Part shown: positions 1 to 5,721 of the stretch, in pieces
How the letters are laid out: the number at the start of each line of letters is the position of its first letter
How positions within the stretch are numbered: position 1 is the first letter of the stretch
IMG/VR virus record: IMGVR_UViG_3300035492_000368
Coordinates: 1 to 7,924 of that record
Strand: one strand, 5' to 3'
DNA: 7,924 nt
Source: a virus
Position numbers and translations under genes: made by a program
The notes under the pieces: generated by a model
Database searches by the model: none
What the model was told of the DNA's origin: nothing
Seen by the model: only the letters and a program-made list of their open reading frames with translations

Positions 1-127
1 TGGCCGTTTGTCCGTCTCATCGGCAGCCCTGGCAGAAAAAAGGCGTTCTCCTTGGGTCGGTGTGAATCCTACGTCAAAACCCTTTAACGGGGCCAGTGAT
101 CAGAGGCGAGCTGCGCTCGGGGCGGCC
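1..127. repeat. Terminal direct repeat, copy 1 (identical to 7798-7924); circular-contig overlap
   Basis: Base-by-base comparison shows 1-127 equals 7798-7924. The repeat runs to both window edges. Confidence 0.95.
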
Positions 128-352
128 TTCGGCCTGGGAAAGAGCCTGACGCGCTGCGCTTGTCACCAGCCTCAAATGCCCGCCGCGAGCGGCAGACATT
201 TGACGCTGTTCGACTAAGAACTGAGCCAACAACTCAGGGTCTCGGACTCGGTTATCAACAAAAGGCAAATCGCCAATGACCTCTGAAAAGTCCGTATCGC
301 GCGCGACCACAAAGCCGCGAATTTCCCAATGGGTTACACCTTTCACACTCAC
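74..352 (-). CDS. Hypothetical protein, 92 aa (second gene of the accessory pair)
   Basis: The GTG start at 352 overlaps the TGA stop of the upstream 82-aa ORF (GTGA). An alternative GTG at 346 is preceded by GAGG with 5-nt spacing. The N-terminal half looks like ordinary protein. The C-terminal half is Arg/Ala/Ser-rich and could be an over-extension in GC-rich DNA. I recognise no family by eye. Confidence 0.45.
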   Translation of the reverse strand: MSVKGVTHWEIRGFVVARDTDFSEVIGDLPFVDNRVRDPELLAQFLVEQRQMSAARGGHLRLVTSAARQALSQAEGRPERSSPLITGPVKGF

Positions 353-597
353 CTCACGTCCAGGCGATCAGCCTGAAAGCCAATTTGACGAAGAATGTTG
401 AGAGCCGCGTCCAGGCTCTTGAACAGGCGCACTTCACGCTCACGAGTGGCCACGAAGATCAGAGTGGCGTCGTTGCGGAGCTGCGACTTGAAATAGAGCA
501 CCCAGTCATCACTAAGCGGTTGACGTTCCAGCCAGGCGGACGCGATCAAGCCGCGTTCAAAATCTTTCTTGGCCTCAGCAAAAGTAACTTGTTTCAC
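349..597 (-). CDS. Hypothetical protein, 82 aa (first gene of the accessory pair)
   Basis: GTG start at 597 with GGAG (608-605) 7 nt upstream. A sigma70-like promoter lies just upstream. Amino-acid composition is balanced and suggests alternating helix and strand. I recognise no family by eye. Confidence 0.65.
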   Translation of the reverse strand: MKQVTFAEAKKDFERGLIASAWLERQPLSDDWVLYFKSQLRNDATLIFVATREREVRLFKSLDAALNILRQIGFQADRLDVR

Positions 598-622
598 AGC
601 AAATCTCCGTTCTGATGGGCGA

Positions 623-651
623 AGTATCAGACGTTTTTATAGTTTCGTCAA
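623..651 (-). promoter_or_regulatory. Candidate sigma70 promoter for the 82/92-aa genes, and possibly rep by read-through
   Basis: On the minus strand: TTGACG (651-646), a 17-nt spacer, then GATACT (628-623). This sits in the 61-nt gap between the pIV stop (659) and the 82-aa start (597). Confidence 0.5.
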
Positions 652-672
652 ACCGTTTTCAGAGTTTCGTCA
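641..672. repeat. Two exact 10-bp direct repeats (minus-strand TGACGAAACT) spaced 22 bp apart; operator- or iteron-like
   Basis: agtttcgtca occurs at 641-650 and again at 663-672. The first copy overlaps the -35 hexamer. The second lies in the last codons of pIV. Confidence 0.6.
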
Positions 673-1882
673 GCTGAATGACCAGGAGGATTTCGGACTT
701 GCTGGCCTCGCTGGTGTTGCTGCGGAACAGCTTCGGCAGAAAAGACAAGCCGGTGGAGTTGTCACTGCTCTTTTCCTCCGTCAAGCCGCCCAGAAGGATC
801 ACCTCGCGGTCACGCATCTGAACGTTGGTGGTCAATTGGCGCTTGGTGAGCGTCGGGGAGTTGTTGACCCCGTTGGTGGTCGGCACAAAGTTGGAAAGCT
901 GCTGATCGACCACCAGGTCAACGGTGGATTCGCGCACCTGGGGCCGCAGGTTGAAGATCACGCCGGAATCACGGTACTCGACCGACTGGATGGGTTCCCC
1001 GGAGCCTTGCGCATAAGAAACGGCACCCAGCACAGGCACCTCAGCGCCGACGCTGAAAGAAGCCTCAGCGCCGGAGCGGACGCGGAGCGAGGGCTGCGAG
1101 ACGACACGAAAGCGGTTGTCGCTGGACAGCGCACTTAGTACGGCGGTGAAGTCGCTGGTGGACAGCGAAATAGAGTTGTCCAGCGGATTGCCCGCCAAGG
1201 TGACGTTGATCTTGCCCTTAAGCAGGGATGCAGCGAGGGCGAAGGCCGAGCCGTTGGCGTCGCCTGTCTGCACTTCGTAGACGACGCCGCGAACCATGAC
1301 CTCGCCCATGGCGACATCGATCTGCGGCAGGAGCTGCTTGACCTTGGCAATCTCCGACTTGCTGCCGACGAACACCAGGTGATCGCTGTCGCGGTTGATC
1401 GACGCAGCGGCAGAGCCAGGGGTGACAGCGGAGGTGACGGGCATCGCCCCAGGAACGGACACCTGCCGATTGACGGCGAAACGCCCCTCGAACAGTGGTT
1501 GCAAGGTCTCGGAGAGATAGGCCACGTCGCGGTACATGGGCCGGTACAGAAAGTATTCGCCAGGCGGGGGCGGCGGCGTCTTCTTCGGAGAAACGTGGTC
1601 GAGGCCGTCACGGCGCGTCACCGTATAGCCGAATCCATCGAGAAGCCGGACAAATTCGCGGCGCACCTGGTCGGCGTTGCCCTGGACGCGCAGAGAGACA
1701 AGGCGCTGATCCTGGAGCACTTCGGGGGCCAAGATATACGGTCGCTTGAATGCGTCAGCGTAGAAGATCGTCGCGACCTGACCGAGCGGAACGCCGTTGA
1801 GGTCGAACTGGTAGGGAGGCACAGCGGCCAGGGCCGCGAACGAAAGAAAGTAAGTAAGAAAGAAAGAAAGTAACCGGGTCAT
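659..1882 (-). CDS. pIV-like outer-membrane secretin (GspD/PulD-type secretin domain)
   Basis: 407 aa. N-terminal signal peptide (MTRLLSFFLTYFLSFAALA/AV). The C-terminal secretin signature reads VVSQPSLRVRSGAEASFSVGAEVPV ... REVILLGGLTEEKSSDNSTGLSFLPKLF. It is the last gene of the morphogenesis block, and its ATG overlaps the Zot stop (ATGA at 1879-1882). Confidence 0.85.
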   Translation of the reverse strand: MTRLLSFFLTYFLSFAALAAVPPYQFDLNGVPLGQVATIFYADAFKRPYILAPEVLQDQRLVSLRVQGNADQVRREFVRLLDGFGYTVTRRDGLDHVSPKKTPPPPPGEYFLYRPMYRDVAYLSETLQPLFEGRFAVNRQVSVPGAMPVTSAVTPGSAAASINRDSDHLVFVGSKSEIAKVKQLLPQIDVAMGEVMVRGVVYEVQTGDANGSAFALAASLLKGKINVTLAGNPLDNSISLSTSDFTAVLSALSSDNRFRVVSQPSLRVRSGAEASFSVGAEVPVLGAVSYAQGSGEPIQSVEYRDSGVIFNLRPQVRESTVDLVVDQQLSNFVPTTNGVNNSPTLTKRQLTTNVQMRDREVILLGGLTEEKSSDNSTGLSFLPKLFRSNTSEASKSEILLVIQLTKL

Positions 1883-2949
1883 GGCGCGTTTCCAGGTAGG
1901 GGAACAGGGGAGCGCGGAGCGGCGACAGCCCCGCTGAAGGTGCTAACACGCTGGCCGTCAAGGTCGCCGACCATCACCCTACCGGAGTTGGTGAACATCG
2001 ACGGGTGCTCGTAACGAATCACGTTGTCCGGGCCGATCAGCACGACCAGGCGTTCACCATCGACAACGATGTGCCCGGCGATCCGCCAGGAGGTGCTGAA
2101 GCTGGGGGTGGGTGGAGACACAGGCGCAGAAGATCCGACAGGCCGGGCAGACGCCGGAGCTGTCCCGGCAGGCGGTGAAGTGTTGGCCGACTGGTCCAAG
2201 TCGCGGTTGAAGAAGTGCACGACGCCGCCAATGCTGAAACCGCCACCGACCAGGAGGAAAGCGGCGAAGAGCCAGAGCTTGGGGTTTTTGAGGATGTTCT
2301 GCCGGTCATCGACCGCAAGTTCCTTGCCCTTGCCGCCCGTGTAAGAGCTGTAGAGCGGGAAAATCGCAGGATCGTACTTCTTGTTCTGGACAGCGACACG
2401 GGCCTTGCTGGTCTGCTTCCAGCCCTCCCACATCTCGACCCGATAGATTTTGTTAAGGCCAAGCGACTTGATCTTGGTGGTGCGAAAGCTCAGCTCAACC
2501 ACGGTTTTCAAGATGCGATGCAAGTCGCTGATGTCCTGCACCATCAGCACCAGGTCGCAGCTGACCTTCGTCTCGGGGTGGACGTAATGGCGGTGCTCGC
2601 GGAAGAAGATTCGATGCTCGGTGACGATCTTCGAGTCAGTTCCCCAGAAACGCCAGGCTTCGTCGATGCAAATCAGGTCACCAGGCTGGCAAAAGGTGTC
2701 TACCTCCTTGCCATGGGGCAAGAACTCGGGGTTGAACACGTCGTCATTGGAGCAGTGAACCACTTCCCCGAGGCGATCCAGGGCAATGCCCTGTTTCTCG
2801 TGGACATAAGCGCGGATGGCGTCGCTGTCGATGCCATCAACGTTGGTGACCACCCGGCGACCCTTGGCCACCGCCGGAATAATCACCGAGGACACGCACT
2901 CGAAAGACTTGCCGCTGCCCATAAGGCCGGTGTAGGCGTTGATTGGCAT
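1879..2949 (-). CDS. Zot/pI-family phage assembly P-loop ATPase
   Basis: Starts MPINAYTGLMGSGKSFECV. Walker A GLMGSGKS is at 2905-2928 and a Walker B-like LICIDEAW follows. One TM segment (LWLFAAFLLVGGGFSIGGVVHFF) is followed by a Pro/Ser-rich linker and a C-terminal domain. I chose the start at 2949, not 3051, because it forms a TGATG overlap with the pVI-like stop and begins at the conserved Zot N-terminus. Confidence 0.9.
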   Translation of the reverse strand: MPINAYTGLMGSGKSFECVSSVIIPAVAKGRRVVTNVDGIDSDAIRAYVHEKQGIALDRLGEVVHCSNDDVFNPEFLPHGKEVDTFCQPGDLICIDEAWRFWGTDSKIVTEHRIFFREHRHYVHPETKVSCDLVLMVQDISDLHRILKTVVELSFRTTKIKSLGLNKIYRVEMWEGWKQTSKARVAVQNKKYDPAIFPLYSSYTGGKGKELAVDDRQNILKNPKLWLFAAFLLVGGGFSIGGVVHFFNRDLDQSANTSPPAGTAPASARPVGSSAPVSPPTPSFSTSWRIAGHIVVDGERLVVLIGPDNVIRYEHPSMFTNSGRVMVGDLDGQRVSTFSGAVAAPRSPVPLPGNAP

Positions 2950-3236
2950 CAGCCGATCACCGGAATACGGCGGATAAAGAAGCGCGTCACCATGGCAGAC
3001 ACCACCAGGGGCAGGCCGGTGGAGAAGGCGAACAGATCGAGGAAGTACCAAGTTCCCGCGCCAATGCCAGCAAACGCGGAGGTAAGGCCACTGCCGGGAG
3101 GCAGCCAGCCAGCCATTACAGCGACCAACTCAGCCACGATCCAGTACAGGGCGATGAAGACCACGAACTTGACCAGGACGCCCCGGACAAGCCAGCCCAG
3201 CAGGGCGTTACCAGCAGAAAGCAAAATACCGAACAT
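2949..3236 (-). CDS. pVI-like minor virion/membrane protein
   Basis: 95 aa and strongly hydrophobic (about 3 TM segments), with a basic tail FFIRRIPVIG. It sits between the pIII-like and pI genes as in Ff-type phages. GAGGTG precedes the ATG. Confidence 0.65.
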   Translation of the reverse strand: MFGILLSAGNALLGWLVRGVLVKFVVFIALYWIVAELVAVMAGWLPPGSGLTSAFAGIGAGTWYFLDLFAFSTGLPLVVSAMVTRFFIRRIPVIG

Positions 3237-3244
3237 GGGTCACC

Positions 3245-4576
3245 TCACGCGGACAAGACAATGAACAGGGCGACGAGCACCCAGCCGAGCAGGCTGGCGT
3301 TGTACAAAGGGCCGCGCACGTCCTCAGAGAGCGAGCAATGGGCGTCCATCTGGACTTGTTTGCCGATAACGGCCAGATCGAAGACCGGGCGCGGGCACTC
3401 GGCCTGATGGGCTGGCACCTGGAAGTTGCGCAGATCGGGAAACAAGGCCGTGATCGGGGCGAGGATCTGCGCGCCAGTCGGGGTCGCCTCCAGGTTGGGG
3501 GCACCGATGCCGGGATCTAGACCAAGGTCGAGCTGGGGCGAACCTTCAGGCGCAGTCGGAATGCCAGGCTGCGTCTCAGTGCCCGTGCCAGGCTGCGGCA
3601 GGGTGACGGAACCAGTAGACGGGTTGATGGCCGGCGACACGGCATCGCCAACAGTGGGGTACGACGAGGGATTGGAAGCGCGCCACGCTTCCACGTCGCT
3701 GGCGGTCACGGGGTTGGTGTACGAGTACGGCAGGCCCTGATAGCCAGGCTGTGAAGCGGCCTGCTGCCATGCCTGGTTGACGGTATCCGCGATGATCTGC
3801 GGATTGACCGGCGCGACCTTCTGCTCAGGAGTCAGGTCATCGGCGGCAAGCTCAGGCGTCTTAGGAGCAGGTGCTGCACCAGGAAGAGGCGCGGGAGCAT
3901 AGCTGCCGCCGATCTGGGTATTAGAACCAATCAGGTTCGCAGAACGAGGCCAGCGGGCACCATCATCGACAGGGCGACGGAAAGCACCGCCCACGCTGCA
4001 CGAAGAATCTGAACAATGACCAGCATTAAAGTTCCACTCCCATACCAGGCCGGGCGTGCAGGAAAAAGAGCCGCACTCACCATAAGCAATAATCGACCAA
4101 GCAACAGCCAAAATGTCGCCACCTTGGACGGTCTTATTGTCGTAAGTATTACCAGACCAATACGCATAGGGAGGAATGCCACCTGTATTTGCTCCGGGTG
4201 GGGCAGAAGTAGCATCAGGATTCGTCACGGTTCCATCTTCATTGAAGAACCAAGAGACGGCAGCATCGAGGGCCAGCGAAACAGCACCCGCAGCCAGCGC
4301 GCCGAGGCCAATGGTCACCCAAAGCGGGGCACCTGCGGCAGCAACAGCGCCCGTTGCAGCGGTCGTGAGAACGGCGGCAGTCGCAGAGACGGCAGCACCA
4401 AAACGCGGATCGTTGGCGGCAAAACCGCGTTGGATGGCCTTGTGTTCCATCACCCCGCTGATGGCCTGGCCCATTTTGGCGGAGTAGGCCGGGGCCGCGG
4501 AGGCAAACACCGGCAGAAACAGGATGGCGAAGAAGGCGACCTTCTTCAGTACAAGGAGGGCAAGTAGCTTTTTCAT
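3245..4576 (-). CDS. pIII-like adsorption/minor coat protein
   Basis: 443 aa. Signal peptide MKKLLALLVLKKVAFFAILFLPVFASA/AP. A Cys-containing domain, Pro-rich linkers (APAPLPGAAPAPKTPE; PQPGTGTETQPGIPTAPEGSPQ) and a C-terminal membrane anchor LLGWVLVALFIVLSA. Its position after the coat gene also fits. Confidence 0.7.
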   Translation of the reverse strand: MKKLLALLVLKKVAFFAILFLPVFASAAPAYSAKMGQAISGVMEHKAIQRGFAANDPRFGAAVSATAAVLTTAATGAVAAAGAPLWVTIGLGALAAGAVSLALDAAVSWFFNEDGTVTNPDATSAPPGANTGGIPPYAYWSGNTYDNKTVQGGDILAVAWSIIAYGECGSFSCTPGLVWEWNFNAGHCSDSSCSVGGAFRRPVDDGARWPRSANLIGSNTQIGGSYAPAPLPGAAPAPKTPELAADDLTPEQKVAPVNPQIIADTVNQAWQQAASQPGYQGLPYSYTNPVTASDVEAWRASNPSSYPTVGDAVSPAINPSTGSVTLPQPGTGTETQPGIPTAPEGSPQLDLGLDPGIGAPNLEATPTGAQILAPITALFPDLRNFQVPAHQAECPRPVFDLAVIGKQVQMDAHCSLSEDVRGPLYNASLLGWVLVALFIVLSA

Positions 4577-4668
4577 AGGTCGTTATCCGCGTAGCCCGTA
4601 ATTACCGCCCAGGCGCACAGGAGGCCAAAGGCGAACATCATCAAGTACCAAGCATCATTGGTCGTCAC
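4573..4668 (-). CDS. Candidate 31-aa single-TM micro-protein (pVII/pIX-class minor virion protein?), absent from the ORF track
   Basis: GTG at 4668 with GGAG 8 nt upstream. Translation is MTTNDAWYLMMFAFGLLCAWAVITGYADNDL. Its TGA overlaps the pIII-like ATG (ATGA at 4573-4576). An in-frame stop upstream leaves no earlier start. Confidence 0.45.
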   Translation of the reverse strand: MTTNDAWYLMMFAFGLLCAWAVITGYADNDL

Positions 4669-4704
4669 GGAAGCCGCTCCGATGGTTTGGACGATTCAGC
4701 AGGA

Positions 4705-4764
4705 CAAAAGCCCCGTTTCATCATCGGGGAGACGAAAAAAAGGGGCACGCCGCAGCAATGCCCC
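4705..4764 (-). terminator. Tandem Rho-independent terminators downstream of the major coat gene
   Basis: Read on the minus strand. The first is GGGGCA, an 11-nt loop, TGCCCC, then TTTTTTT (4764-4735), beginning 9 nt after the coat stop. The second is CCCCG, a 9-nt loop, CGGGG, then CTTTTG (4729-4705). Confidence 0.7.
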
Positions 4765-4773
4765 AGGGGTGTA

Positions 4774-4992
4774 TCAGCGACCGCGAATCATGCCGAGCAC
4801 GGTGGTGGCGGCCTTGATGGTGACGTAGATCACGGCCAGCGTGCCGGCAACAGCCAGAACACCAGTCACCACGTCAGCAGCGGTGAAAGCGTCGGTCACA
4901 GGAGTCAGATCGACAGCAGCGAACGAAGCTTGAGCAGCTACGGCGGAAGTAGCGACGGCAGTTACAACAGCGGCTTTCTTGAACATCTTCAT
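4774..4992 (-). CDS. Major coat protein (pVIII-like) precursor
   Basis: 72 aa, MKMFKKAAVVTAVATSAVAAQASFA/AVDLTPVTDAFTAADVVTGVLAVAGTLAVIYVTIKAATTVLGMIRGR. It has a signal peptide with an A-x-A site, an acidic N-terminus in the mature part, a hydrophobic core and a basic C-terminus. GGAG lies 7 nt before the ATG at 4992. A strong terminator follows immediately, as after gene VIII in Ff phages. Confidence 0.8.
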   Translation of the reverse strand: MKMFKKAAVVTAVATSAVAAQASFAAVDLTPVTDAFTAADVVTGVLAVAGTLAVIYVTIKAATTVLGMIRGR

Positions 4993-5038
4993 GGTTTCAC
5001 TCCAGGTCAAACCGGCATCCGGCCGGGGCGGCAGATCG

Positions 5039-5275
5039 TCAACGGCGACGAATCATGTTCAGTACGGCCCCCGCCCCCCGAGCAGTCAGCCAAAACAGCA
5101 GCGTCGTGCCAAAGGCAAAACTCCAGAAGGCGAAGGCTTCGGTGTAATCGAAAGGCGCCGCCGCAGCCTGAACAGCGGCAAACTCACTGGGAGTGAGCAG
5201 CAGATAGGCCGTGCAAGTAGTTTCCTCGGTCGCAACGACGAAGCCGTTTGCATCCAGGGCGGCGCAGACAGCCAT
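5039..5275 (-). CDS. Small membrane protein, 78 aa, with a coat-like C-terminus (minor virion protein candidate)
   Basis: The ATG lies 1 nt after the upstream stop. It has a C-terminal TM segment (FAFWSFAFGTTLLFWL) and a basic tail AVLNMIRRR that resembles the coat tail TVLGMIRGR. It occupies the gVII/gIX position between the ssDNA-binding-sized gene and the coat gene. Confidence 0.6.
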   Translation of the reverse strand: MAVCAALDANGFVVATEETTCTAYLLLTPSEFAAVQAAAAPFDYTEAFAFWSFAFGTTLLFWLTARGAGAVLNMIRRR

Positions 5276-5276
5276 A

Positions 5277-5606
5277 TCAGCCGACCTTCTTCATGGCGGC
5301 AGGCTGGGAAAAGGCATCAATGTCGGCGATGTGAGTCACGCCAAGCAGGGTCAGCGTCGGCTTGCCGTCTTTGCCGGGGCGCGAGCCGTAATCGAGGTCA
5401 AACACGGCAGGCAGCTTTGCCGACTTGAGCTGATCGAACATCGAAATATCACCGGAGACTTTGGTCGGCTTCATACCCACAGCCAGCGCGGTGTCTTCGC
5501 GGTAATCGTTCACAAACCAGATGGAGACGCCACGGCGAAGCTCGCCAGTGCGCTCGTCAGTCATCTCCCACTTGTCCGCGCTGAGAATCAATCCACGTTG
5601 AGCCAT
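5277..5606 (-). CDS. Putative ssDNA-binding protein (pV analogue), assigned by position and size only
   Basis: 109 aa with no TM segment. It is the first gene of the structural operon, directly before the small coat genes. GAGG lies 9 nt before the ATG. The ORF looks real, but its function is positional inference. Confidence 0.5.
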   Translation of the reverse strand: MAQRGLILSADKWEMTDERTGELRRGVSIWFVNDYREDTALAVGMKPTKVSGDISMFDQLKSAKLPAVFDLDYGSRPGKDGKPTLTLLGVTHIADIDAFSQPAAMKKVG

Positions 5607-5665
5607 GTTTCTGTACCTCGATGCTGGTCGCCCGGTCGTTTGAGAGGCTACCCTTGGGCGCGTTA

Positions 5666-5685
5666 AGGGTGCTGAACGGCACCCT
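5666..5685. promoter_or_regulatory. Inverted repeat AGGGTGC-N6-GCACCCT; candidate operator
   Basis: Perfect 7-bp arms at 5666-5672 and 5679-5685, inside the 115-bp divergent region between the structural operon and the HTH gene. It overlaps the proposed -10 of the leftward promoter. Confidence 0.4.
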
Positions 5686-5709
5686 AACTAGGTCAACTCA
5701 ACGTGTCAA
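5681..5709 (-). promoter_or_regulatory. Candidate sigma70 promoter of the structural operon
   Basis: On the minus strand: a perfect -35 TTGACA (5709-5704), a 17-nt spacer, then TAGGGT (5686-5681). Confidence 0.45.
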
Positions 5710-5721
5710 GGGGGTTAAACA

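Noticed and set aside
1-127. Terminal repeats read as prophage attL/attR or as a biological long direct repeat
   Set aside because: The repeats extend exactly to both window edges, no host sequence is present, and the genes are continuous across the junction. A circular-contig overlap is the simpler explanation.
8-217. 69-aa plus-strand ORF at the window start, and the 385-615 plus-strand ORF
   Set aside because: They are antisense to orf92 and orf82, lack a ribosome-binding site and have implausible composition. The first also lies partly in the duplicated end.
253-259. Minus-strand GTTGATA (also CTGATAC at about 622-629), as a pC194/phiX174-type CTTGATA nick site
   Set aside because: These are short, imperfect matches with no flanking hairpin. 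One lies within an ORF and the other coincides with the proposed -10. They are not enough to call an origin.
1006-1016. TGCGCATAA, which matches the XerC arm of dif
   Set aside because: There is no matching central region or XerD arm. A 9-nt match is near chance expectation for both strands of 7.8 kb, and it lies inside the secretin coding sequence.
569-1138. 189-aa plus-strand ORF, and the plus-strand ORFs at 1379-1873 and 1495-1749
   Set aside because: They are antisense to the secretin gene, which has clear signature motifs. Their composition is shadow-ORF-like.
1135-1611. Same-strand alternative-frame ORFs (1135-1611, 2037-2462, 3208-3504, 3931-4215, 6194-6502, 7213-7461, 7385-7654 and others)
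   Set aside because: They are out-of-frame overlaps inside recognised genes. They are Arg/Pro/Ser-rich and show no independent signals.
2950-3051. 34-codon N-terminal extension of the Zot ORF (MVLPRSVRLLHRPAPGG...)
   Set aside because: The conserved Zot N-terminus, with its P-loop, begins at the ATG at 2949. That ATG is coupled to the pVI-like stop, and the extension would overlap the pVI-like gene.
2215-3264. 349-aa plus-strand ORF, plus the overlapping 2943-3407 and 2024-2344 ORFs
   Set aside because: They are antisense shadows of the Zot, pVI-like and pIII-like genes, with low-complexity sequence and no motifs.
4016-4567. Plus-strand ORFs (4016-4567, 4176-4487, 3426-3740, 4687-5196, 4979-5428, 5211-5666) opposite the pIII-like, coat and ssDNA-binding-sized genes
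   Set aside because: They are Arg/Gly/Ser-rich low-complexity translations that overlap better-supported minus-strand genes. No start-site signals are present.
4993-5010. TTG-initiated 6-codon extension of the coat ORF (MTWSET)
   Set aside because: The ATG at 4992 has GGAG 7 nt upstream and gives a typical MKMFKK signal peptide. The extension contains that ribosome-binding site.
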